NCBI GenBank assembly: GCA_030390025.1 | Contig: JASTWF010000048.1 | Span: forward strand, 682,001-746,000 | Length of the DNA stretch: 64,000 bases | Direction: 5' to 3' | Source of the DNA: Squalus acanthias | Lineage: Eukaryota | Shown here: one piece after another, positions 50,992-61,498 of the stretch | Layout: each line of letters starts with the position of its first letter | Position numbering within the stretch: position 1 is the stretch's first letter | The notes under the pieces: model-generated | Databases searched by the model: none | What the model saw: the letters and a program-made list of their open reading frames with translations, nothing else | Told to the model about the DNA's origin: nothing | Translations under genes and position numbers: made by a program

Positions 50992-51293
50992 GTAAAACTT
51001 TAGCAGAGGTGATACACCAATGGCCAAGTTCGGTGGCGGTGAATAAAGGTGAACCAGTAGAATTAAACTGTTACCAGAATGACAGCAGCAAGACTGTCAT
51101 GCTGTGGTATCGGCAGTACGCCGGTCAGAGCCTTCACCTAATAGGCTATTCTCGTCCTGGAATTCCAGCCACTTTGGAAGAAAACTTTGAGAAGGAGATC
51201 GAGATTGTAAGGCCCGAGGAGAAAAAGTGCACCCTGAAGATCTTCAAGATGAAGGCTGCGGATACAGCCGTGTATTACTGTGCAGCCAGTGAG
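50992..51293 (+). CDS. TRBV: TCR beta-like V segment, V exon (intact)
   Basis: KTLAEVIHQWP..VELNCYQND..MLWYRQYAGQSL..IVRPEEKKCTLKI..DTAVYYCAASE. Confidence 0.93.
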
Positions 51294-51332
51294 CACAGCG
51301 CTGCAGACTGCGCGAGTGCCAGTACAAAAACC
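51294..51332 (+). other. 23-RSS
   Basis: CACAGCG, 23 bp, ACAAAAACC. Confidence 0.9.
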
Positions 51333-52029
51333 AGCAGAGTGAACAACACAACTCACTGAATAAAAGAGCTGTGACAATGGCTAATGTCTGCTCGCTTCAC
51401 CGGCCATTTCCACCTGGTTACACACGATTCTTGCACGTTTAACAAGAGCAGAATGACAGGAAATAAGAGAATTTGCGAGGAAATGAGAGACAGAAAGAAA
51501 GAAACAATGAAAGTAGGAAAGAAAGAAGGACAGAAGGACAGAAAGAAGGAAAGAAAGGAAGAAAGACAGGTGTCTTAGAACCCCTGAAATATGCGATTCA
51601 ATATCCTTGTCTATGCTCTTTTCTTTCTGGCAATGAGGATATTAAAATTCAGTCGCTCTCAGTGTTCTAGACTTGATCAACTAAAACAGATATATAACGA
51701 TCTAAATAATGCAATTCGTTAACGTCACCGCGAAGAAGTGATATACAGGCAGTAAGTGATCTAATATAAGATCGTTGGCTCTTCAATATGTTCATTTTTT
51801 GGACAACACACCTCATTAATATTATTCTAAACTTTTAATATTTTCACCCAGATGCGCGTTTGCAGAGTTTTACGTTGTATTTTACAGCTGCGTTTTCCCA
51901 GGTGCTTGTTGGAAATTAGGAGCGAGCCTTAATTTCCATCGGTAATTTAGCGCAACTCCTCCCACAACTATCGTCGCAAGTTGAACGGAAACGGCCCTTA
52001 TTCTTTCCTCGTAATTCCTGTTTCCATTT

Positions 52030-52316
52030 GGTTCATCGACCGATGTGGTGCATCAATGACTCATCGAGCGAGGATGTACCGAACTGAACTGTGAACAGAA
52101 GAGAACGCTTCGCAATAACATGCCGTGTTATCGTCAGCCCGCCGGCTAATAGTGTTAATCAGATCCATTCATTGATGAGGTGAAGCTCAGTATCTTCAGG
52201 GTTTTAAGAGCGGGTTTGCTACTACGAGGACTAGGGAGAATAAGAAATCCTCCCTGATGATCGAAAGCGTAAAATATACGGATGTGGCGGTGTATGTCTT
52301 TGCAGCTGCTGATGGG
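52030..52316 (+). pseudogene. Highly decayed V pseudogene (family of V at 1980)
   Basis: Fragments GSSTDVVHQ*, ERG.TELNCEQ, CYRQPAG*, SGFATTRTRENKKSSLMIESVKYTDVAVYVFAAADG align to V at 1980; stops, indels, second Cys and RSS lost. Confidence 0.78.
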
Positions 52317-52409
52317 ATATCGTGCTTCAGAGTCAGGTTGCACTCAGAAAAATGACCTTACACAACATGCTCTAAAACTCCTGTTAATTTACAGGGAACA
52401 GCGCCCCGT

Positions 52410-53515
52410 GCAAAGTTCTGGACTCCATATAGCTTGGTTAGATCACACTTGGAGCACTGTGCACAGTTCTGGTCTCCATATACATTGGTTTGATCACACT
52501 TGGAGCACTGTGCACTGTTCTGGTCTCTATATACCTTGGTTATATCACACTTGGAGCACCGTGTACAGTTCTGGACTCCATATAGATTGGTTAGATCACA
52601 CTTGGAGCACTGTGCACATTTCTGGTCTTCATATACATTGGTTAGATCACACTTGGAGCACTGTGCACAGTTCTGGTCTCCATATAAATTGGTTAGACCA
52701 CACTTGGAGCACTGTGCACAGTTCTGGTCTCCATATACATTGGTTAGACCACACTTGGAGCACTGTGCACAGTTCTGGTCTCCATATACATTGGTTAGAC
52801 CACACTTGGAGCACTGTGCACAGTTATGGTCTCCATATACCTTGGTTAGACCACACTTGGAGCACCGTGTACAGTTCCGGTCTCCATATACCTTGGTAGA
52901 CCACACTTGGAGCTCTGTGCACAGTCTGGTATCCATATATCTCAGTTTGACCACATGTGGAGCACTGTGCTCAGTACTGGTCTCCATATGCCTTGGTTAA
53001 ACCACACTTGGAGCACTGAGTACTGTTTTGGTCTACATATACCTTGGTTAGATCACACCTGGACTATTGTGCACAGTACTGGTCTCCATTTGCCATGGTA
53101 AGACCGCACTTGGAGCTTTGTGCTCTGTTCTGGTCTCCATATAGCTTGGTTAAACCACACATGAAGCACTGTGCACAGTTCTGGTCTCCATATACCTTGG
53201 TTAGAACACTTATGGAACACTGTGCGCAGTTCTGGTCTCCAGTTACCTTGGTTAGACCACACTTGGAGTACTGTGCACAGTTCTGGTCGCCATATACCTT
53301 GGCTAGATCACACTTGGCGCACTGTGTACAGTTCCGGTCTCCACCTACCTTGGTATACCACACTTGGAGCACTGTGCATAGTTCCAGTCTCCATATACCT
53401 TGGTTAGACCACACTTGGAGCACTGTGCACAGTTCTGGTCTCCATATACCTTGGTTAGACTACACTTGGAGCATTGTACACAGTACTGGTCTCCATATAC
53501 CTTGGTTAGACCTCA
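52410..53515 (+). repeat. 51-bp tandem repeat derived from CR1 ORF2
   Basis: About 21 units encoding LVRPHLEHCAQFWSPYT, followed by the rest of a CR1 3' end. Confidence 0.9.
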
Positions 53516-54829
53516 CTTTAAGAGTAGGCTGTGGTTATATCTACCACCAAAGAATAAACAGGCTGGGGTACTTTACTCTAGAATGAGAAGACTGAAGGAT
53601 GATTAATAGAGGGCGTTAAAATTATGAAATGTTTGAAAGGTTAGACCAGTAGAAGATGTTTTCACTTGTGGGGGAGACCAAATCAAGGGGCAATATAATA
53701 GTCAATAACAAATCCAAAAAGGAATTCAGGAAACATTTCTTTACACAGAATGTGTAGAACTCGGTACCGCGGGGAATGGTTGAGGTAAATAGCAAAGATG
53801 CTCTTAAGGGGAAGCTTGATAAACATACGAGGTGAAAGGATATGAAGGATATGCTGAAAGGGTGAGACGAAGAGAGGCGGGAGGAGGGTCGTGTGGAGCA
53901 TAAACACCTGCACAGATGAATTCGGACGAATGCCTGATTATGTACTGGACATTCTATTTAAATCAATGTAGCAAATGTAAGTATCTGAAGCAGAGGAGAA
54001 AGTTGGAAGGCGGATCTATTTCAAGAACAGTCTTGAAAAGTGTTACGTACTCGTAGCACTGGGAAAAATCCCCAAGTCCCAGGTGCTGGTGTTGCACGTT
54101 CTGGCCACTACGTGGCGGTGTTGCGCCATTGAAGCCAACGCCACATTCTGATTTGGCACCGAATGAGCAATGCCGCAGCAGAACTAAAATTCCCCTTAGT
54201 GGTTCAATCCGCTGTTTCTGGATCCTTTCCAATTCCCGACAATGAAAGAAATAAACTGGTGAGAGAAAGAAAGAGAGAGAGAAAGAATAAGAGAGCGAGA
54301 GAAGGAGAGGAAGCANNNNNNNNNNNNNNNNNNNNNNNNNNNNNNNNNNNNNNNNNNNNNNNNNNNNNNNNNNNNNNNNNNNNNNNNNNNNNNNNNNNNN
54401 NNNNNNNNNNNNNNNNNNNNNNNNNNNNNNNNNNNNNNNNNNNNNNNNNNNNNNNNNAATTCAAGCGCCATCGAAATCAGTTGCTAAATTCTCTGGCCCA
54501 GTATTTACTTTTGCTGTGAAATGTGTTAAGTTAATGTAGAGGTGGTTGCAACTGTTTGATGCGGCTTCCGGCTCTGACGCTGTGCTAATGAAACTGACCT
54601 GAATTCAAGACTGAACCTGTTCTGGCCCGTAATTACCACGGAAATTAACCTGGTGCTCATGACATTAGAAGAATATATCAAAAAGGATATAAATACATTT
54701 AAGATAGAAAGGGGGGAGATACTTGACAAACTATTCAAATTTAGAGAGGGTAAAACCCCTGCATCTGCGCAAACATAAAGACGTTGGGGAAAAGATAGCA
54801 GAGTTACTATTACATATATATAAAATTTC

Positions 54830-56700
54830 ATTAGAAAAGTGAATAGTGCCAGAGGACTGGCGGGCAGCCAATGTAATTGTTTTATTCAAAAAGGAAATAA
54901 AACAAGTCCAGGTAACTGCAGCTCAATTAGCTTAACGTCGGTGACAGGTAAGACAATGGAATCCTTGCTCAAAAGTCTCATAAAAAAAACTAGAAACTGA
55001 AAAAACAATATAGAGCAGCTAAGAATCTATAATAAAGAAGATTACAACAGGGAAGGTCATGCTTGACCAACCTTATTGAACTCTTTGAAGAAGAAACTGA
55101 AAGGGTAGCTATGGGTCATGATGTAGCTGTAAGCTATTTGGATTTCCAAACAGCCTTCGACTATGAATCTCATATTAGACTCATGACTAAGGTCAGAACA
55201 TTTGGAGTCAGGGGACAAGTAGCAGAATGCAGAGCAAGCTGGCTACAAATAAAAAACAGAGATTTGGGATTAAAGTTAGTTACTCAGAATGGCAAATGGC
55301 GAAATGTGGTGTTCCACAAGGATGGGTGCTGGGACCACAGTTGTTCACCATTTGCATAAACGATTTGCACTCGGGAATCGGAAGTCCAATTTTAAAATTT
55401 GCGAATGACACCACATTGGGGGATGTAGTTAATACAGAGGTGGACTGCAACAAATACAGGAAGACATTAATACACTTGCAGAATGGGCTTGTAATTGGCA
55501 AATGAACTTCAATATAGAGAGGTTCGAGGTAATAAATTTTGGTGGGAAGAATAATGAAGCCACACACTCCTGAGAAAATAAGTGTCTAAATGGCGTAGAG
55601 GAACAGAGGGATCTGGTCGCACAGATACACAGATCACTAAAAGTAGCGACACAGGTTAATAAGCTCATAAAAAAGCAAACAAAACACTGGGGTTCATTTC
55701 TACAGAGATAGAATTTAAATGCAGAGAAGTTATGTGACAATTGAATAGAACCTTGGTTAGACCACACTTGAAATACAGTGAACAGTTCTGGTCTCTGTGT
55801 TATATAAAGGATATAGAGACACTGGAGAAGGTGCAAAATATATTTATTAGCATGATATCAGAACTGAGAGCTTATACCTATCAGGAAAGATTGGACATGC
55901 TGGGTCTCATTACTCTAGAAACGAGAAGACTGAGGGGTTACCTGATAGAGATCGTTAAGATTATGAAAGGGTTTGATGGGGTAGAGATAGAGAAGATGTT
56001 TCCACTTGCAGGGGAGACCAGCACTAGGGCCCATAAATATAAGATAGTCGCTAATAGATCCAATAGGAAATTCAGGAGAGCCTTATTTACCTAGAGATTG
56101 GTTAGAATGTGGAATTCGCTGCCACAGGGAGTAATCGAGCTGAATAGCGTAGACACTTTCAAGGGGAAGCAAGATAAGCACAAGGAGCAGGATTTTAAAC
56201 ATACACAATTATTTCAGGGCTTGACAGGTTAAATGCAGGGAGGATGTTTCCCCTGGCAGGGAAGTTTGAACCAGGGGTCACAGTCTCAGAATAAGGGGTC
56301 GGCCATTTAGATCTGAGATGGGGAGAAATTTCTTCACGCAGAGGGTGGTGAATCTTTGGAATTCTGTAACCCAGAGGGCTGTGGAGGATCAGTTGTTGAG
56401 TATATTCAAGACAGAGATCGATATATTTTAAAATATTAAAGTAATCCAGGTATATGGGGATAGTGCAGGAAAGTGCAGATGAGGTAGATGATCAGCCATG
56501 ATCTTATTGAATGGCGGAGTAGGCTTGAAGGGCCAAATGGCCTACTCCTGCTCCTATTTCTTATGTTCTTATGAATAGAACGGTATGTTGATGGGGTCAG
56601 GTGAAGGGGGTTGGAAGTTGGCTCGTGTGCAGCATAAACACCGGCATGGACCTGTTGAGCCAAATTTCCTGCTTCTGTGCTGTAAATACCTTGTGATACT
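54830..56700 (+). mobile_element. CR1 LINE fragments (nested)
   Basis: LTNLIELFEE, YLDFQTAFD, GVPQGWVLGP, LVRPHL; a second 3' fragment at ~56200-56570. Confidence 0.85.
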
Positions 56701-57287
56701 TTGTTTGAAAAAACAGCACCCACCGGAGTGCATCTCACCGCCACAATGCTTTCCAACATTCTCCAACTTGCTGCTTTATTTCTGGTGCTGTGCAAGAATT
56801 TAATTTAGCAACAACGTTCTGACAACAACGTTCGATTTGTTTTAATGATTAAACATTGAGAAACAATTTTTCCAACCCCAGATGAATTATTGTATCCAAA
56901 CACATCTTAGAAAGGCTTTCAAGGCCTCAAAGAGGGTTCCGAAGAGATGTTCCAGAATGTTACCAGGATCGAAGGATATCAGTTTTGTGGCGAGACCAGA
57001 GAAGCTGGGATTGTTCTCCTTTGATCAGATAAGGTGAAGGGGCGATTTATCAGAATGTTACCAGGTTTGAGCGACATCGTTAGAGAACAGAAACCGGGAG
57101 GGGCGGGGTGGCGGCGAGGGATCATCAGCTGTCAATCAGACTGCAAGAAGGAGGGGCTTGTAGTGAGCGGGCTGCAGATGTCAATCAAACAGAACTGCAG
57201 TTCGATAAAACCGCGACGCAGCTGCCGGGAGAGCAGATTTTTGTTGTAAAATCTCGCTCATTTCTCTTGTGCAAACTATTAAGCACA

Positions 57288-57330
57288 ATGCATGTAATCT
57301 GGTGTCTGGTGTCTGCGCTGCTGCTGCACA
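57288..57330 (+). pseudogene. Leader exon of V pseudogene at 57420
   Basis: MHVIWCLVSALLLH a|gtaagt; 89-bp intron. Confidence 0.85.
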
Positions 57331-57419
57331 GTAAGTCAGCCTCTGCAATGCCAATGCTCAGTCGGGCTCCGAATGTGAGCGCCTCCTGTAGTTTAATCCA
57401 ATTTTTCTCCTATTCGCAG

Positions 57420-57715
57420 GTGTAGCTAGCGGAAATGTTCAGCAAATTCCGCCTGTAATCTCCAAATCCCTGCAATCCCCATTGCAGATCCGCTGTTATG
57501 CAGAGGGCTCCGTCGGTACAGTGTTTTCCTGGTACCGCCAGCTCCCAGCCGGAGAGCTGTTGTTCATCTTCAACTCTCGAAATACAGTGCGCATCGACCC
57601 GGCGGGAGAGGTGGACGGCTTCACCGCCTCTCCACCCGACGGGTCCACCTTCCACCTGCAAACGGCCAGCCTGCGAGCGAACCACTCGGGGGTGTATTAA
57701 TGCGCCTGGCGACTC
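57420..57715 (+). pseudogene. TRBV: TCR beta-like V pseudogene, CAW-ending family
   Basis: VASGNVQQIP..QIRCYAEG..FSWYRQLPAGEL..DGFTAS..FHLQ..HSGVY*CAWRL; single TAA at 57698-57700. Confidence 0.92.
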
Positions 57716-57754
57716 CACAGTGACACAAGGAGTCGGGGCAATGCAACAAAAACT
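57716..57754 (+). other. 23-RSS
   Basis: CACAGTG, 23 bp, ACAAAAACT. Confidence 0.9.
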
Positions 57755-57939
57755 CGGTGCAGCAGAGAACGAGCCTGAGGACCGCAACAGTCGCTGCATT
57801 GCTGGGTGAGCTGTTCAGCCCGAGGGGTAGAGAGGGTGTGCGGGGGGGCGGGGGGGGATGTGGTATCGAGACGCGACAGCATTGTTTAGAAACAGAGTAA
57901 AGCCCATGATACACTGTTGTGATACATAATGAAGATTCT

Positions 57940-58197
57940 CATTCACTGATTAGATACGGAGTAAAGATCCTCACTCACTGATTAGATGCAGAATAAAGAT
58001 GCTCACTCACTGATTAGATACAGAGTAAAGACCCCCACTCACTGATTAGATACAGAGTAAAGACCCTCACTCACTGATTGGATACAGAGTAGAGAATCTC
58101 ACTCACTGATTAGATACGGAGTAAAGACCCTCACTCACTGATTAGATACAGAGTAAAGACCCTCACTCACTGTTTAGATAGAGTAAAGACCCTCATT
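57940..58197 (+). repeat. 32-bp minisatellite running into an assembly gap
   Basis: ACTCACTGATTAGATACAGAGTAAAGACCCTC units. Confidence 0.88.
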
Positions 58198-58729
58198 NNN
58201 NNNNNNNNNNNNNNNNNNNNNNNNNNNNNNNNNNNNNNNNNNNNNNNNNNNNNNNNNNNNNNNNNNNNNNNNNNNNNNNNNNNNNNNNNNNNNNNNNNNN
58301 NNNNNNNNNNNNNNNNNNNNNNNNNNNNNNNNNNNNNNNNNNNNNNNNNNNNNNNNNNNNNNNNNNNNNNNNNNNNNNNNNNNNNNNNNNNNNNNNNNNN
58401 NNNTCTCCGTCTTACTTTTTGTCTTTCTAAATGTCTGTATACCTCTCTGACTATCTCTCTATTTCTGTTTCTATCTATCTGTCTATCAATCTGTCTATCT
58501 GTCTGTCTATCTGTCTGTCTATCTGTCTGTCTATCTGTTGATCTGTTTATCTGTTTATCTTTGAATGATTACAATTTGTTATTTATTAATTATAAAATGC
58601 TATATCGATGATAGAGATTGCGCATTTTCACGCGGTAATCTCGCCTTGCAAACAACAGTCTCATAGCTCTGGTTTCTGGGCAGATTATTGGCCGTGAGAG
58701 ATCCGCTCTCAAACCCTCTGTCGCGGACC

Positions 58730-58778
58730 ATGCGAACTTGCCTCCTGTCCTGCACTTTGCCGCTGTTCCTATTGGCGG
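58730..58778 (+). CDS. TRBV: V leader exon (for V at 59756)
   Basis: MRTCLLSCTLPLFLLA g|gtaagt. Confidence 0.85.
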
Positions 58779-59755
58779 GTAAGTAAACGAGAGGCCGGTG
58801 TCCCATAGGAGGCCTTTGGGTCTGGTGCAGGAATGTATTAAAGTCCAAGCAATGAAGTGTTCAATAATGAGAGAAAGAAAGAAAGAAGGAAAGAAAGAAA
58901 GAAAGATAGAGAGACAGAAAGTTAATGAGAGAACAGCTTTGTGGGAATAAATAGACTGTATTTGATCATTTGCAAAGAAAGAAGACAAATTGAGTTAAAT
59001 ACAGTCGGGATGGACATATATAGAACAGGGTTATTCCTGTATAGTTTAAATTAGTGAGTGATTTTTCCACGTCAATCCCTGACAATTGCCCCGATTACAA
59101 GTCGAGCTCCGCTAAAACAACGGGCTCCAAAATAACTACAAGCGCCTGCGGGTTTAGAATATTCATCTGGCTTTGACAAATCGACTAAAAGCAGGATGGC
59201 GAGTGGTCGAATAGATAAAAGTGTATGTTAAGGAACATAGGAACAGGAGGAGGCCATTCAGGCCCTCGAGTCATTCAATGAGATCACAGCTGATCTGTAC
59301 CTCAACGCAAGTTACCCGCCTTGTTTGCGTAACCTTTAATAACCTTATCGAACAAAAATATTTCAAATTCAGTTTTGAAATTTTCAGTTGACTCCGACCC
59401 TCAACAGTTTTTTGGGGAGAGAGTTGTTGATTTCCACTGCCCTTTGATTGAAGAAGTGCTTCATCGCATCACCCCTAACCGGCCTAGCACTACCTTTAAG
59501 GTTATTCACCCCTTGTTCTGGTCTCCCCCCACCAGAGGAAATTATTTCTCTCTCTCTACCCTAGCCACTCCTTTAATCAGTTCAATCAGATATAGGTGAA
59601 AAATACAGGAATTAAATCGATTTAAATCAAAATTAAGCGAGTGAGAGACAGAGGAATAGCAATCACGGAACAGCTAATAATCAAAGAGGTTAGTGTGTCT
59701 TATTTCTGTGGAAATAAATGTCTCTCTTTAATGTTAATTTTTGTTTTGCTTCGAG

Positions 59756-60055
59756 GTGTTTGCGAGTCTCAGAAGATGGTGCAGTCTCGAGAGTATGTGT
59801 CGGTGAGAGAGGGCGAGTCAGTGACTATCCCGTGCACCCAACGCGGGACTGATGCTTACAAGTACTGGTACCGCCAGCTCCCGGGTCTGGGACTTCAGCA
59901 CATCCTGCAGGCGTTCCAGGGAGATGACCCGAGCAGGTCGGACGGGTTCAAGGAGCGATTTTGGGCCAAGAAAAGTGCCGATAACTCCTTCGATCTGAAG
60001 ATATCGATGTTGCGGCCGAACGACACGGCGCGGTATTTCTGCGCCTGCAGTGATG
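59756..60055 (+). CDS. TRBV: TCR beta-like V segment, V exon (intact; paralog of 20892)
   Basis: GVCESQKMVQS..IPCTQRG..YWYRQLPGLGL..GFKERF..DTARYFCACSDA. Confidence 0.93.
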
Positions 60056-60094
60056 CACAGAGACACACTCAGACTGAACAGTGCTGCAAAAACC
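60056..60094 (+). other. 23-RSS
   Basis: CACAGAG, 23 bp, GCAAAAACC. Confidence 0.9.
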
Positions 60095-61498
60095 CGCCCC
60101 TCTCAGACACTAACCCCCAACTAGTGCTAATGANNNNNNNNNNNNNNNNNNNNNNNNNNNNNNNNNNNNNNNNNNNNNNNNNNNNNNNNNNNNNNNNNNN
60201 NNNNNNNNNNNNNNNNNNNNNNNNNNNNNNNNNNNNNNNNNNNNNNNNNNNNNNNNNNNNNNNNNNNNNNNNNNNNNNNNNNNNNNNNNNNNNNNNATAA
60301 ATTGTTCTACAGCTCGCTCTCCGTCTCTCCGTCTGTCTTTTCTATCTCTCAGTCGCTCTCTTACCCTGTCACTCTCTATACCTGCCTCGGTCTCGCTTTC
60401 GCGTCCCCTCTCTCCCTACCTCTCTGCCTCTCTTCCGCCTCTCACCCTCTCGCCCTCGCTCTCTCTCACACCGTCTCCATCTCTCTCCCTGTATCCCTCT
60501 CTCTATTCCTCTTCTTCTCTCTCCCTCGCCCCCTCCTTCTATTCCTCTACTTCTCTCTCCCTCGCTCCCTCTCTCTATCCCTCTTCTTCTCTTTCCCTCG
60601 CTCCCAATCCTTCCCGCTATCCACCCCTCAGTCGCCCTCTATCTGGTAAGCAGATGTAAAATGTGAAAATGGCCCATTAACATTCTGTGCTTTACGGACA
60701 ACAATCCCAACTTCCTTAGTCTCTCATAACTGACGTCCCTCATCCCTGGTGCCATTCTGGTAAACCTCCTCTTAACCTCCACTAAGGCGATCAACCCCAT
60801 ACAGTTAGGGTATAGTACATCTTAGAACCCTTAAACGTGTCACGAATGTGTCACACTGTGCAAAGGCGAGATGCCTCCCCAGATATGTTTTTCACAGAGA
60901 CACCTGCCTCGTGACGGCGGGTACAACATCTGTTGAAAACCGTTTACCCACTTCTAGACTCTAGGCGCCTTTTGAAGTGTTTTTTCAAAGAAACTAGAAG
61001 TTCGGCCCAGCGAAGAACTTAACCCTTTTATTCTCGTTGAGCAGATGGGAACTGAAAGCTGCACTGCCTGAAACAAGAATGAACTTGACCCAAAAATAAT
61101 CCGCGTTTTCTAGAATCATGGAGTCTTAAAGCACAGAGGTAGGACACTCGGTCAGTCCAGTCCGTGTCGACCTTTTGAAAGAGCGATCCAATTGGTCCCC
61201 ACGAGACACCTCCCACCCTCCTTCACCTTAAACTTTCAACATATCTTTCTATTCCTTTATCCCTCATGTGTTTATCTCGCTTCCCCTTAAATGCATCTAT
61301 ATTAATACACTCAAACACGCCTTGTTTTTACCACTCTCTGGGTAAAGAGGTTTCTCCTGGATTCATTATTGGATTTATTAGTATCGATCTTATAGTTATG
61401 GCCCCTAGATTTGTCCTCTCCTATCCAATTATTCCCAAACCCCAGCTCATTCACCACATCCCTGTTTTTTCACTCTTCAAGTTTATGTCCAATTCCCT

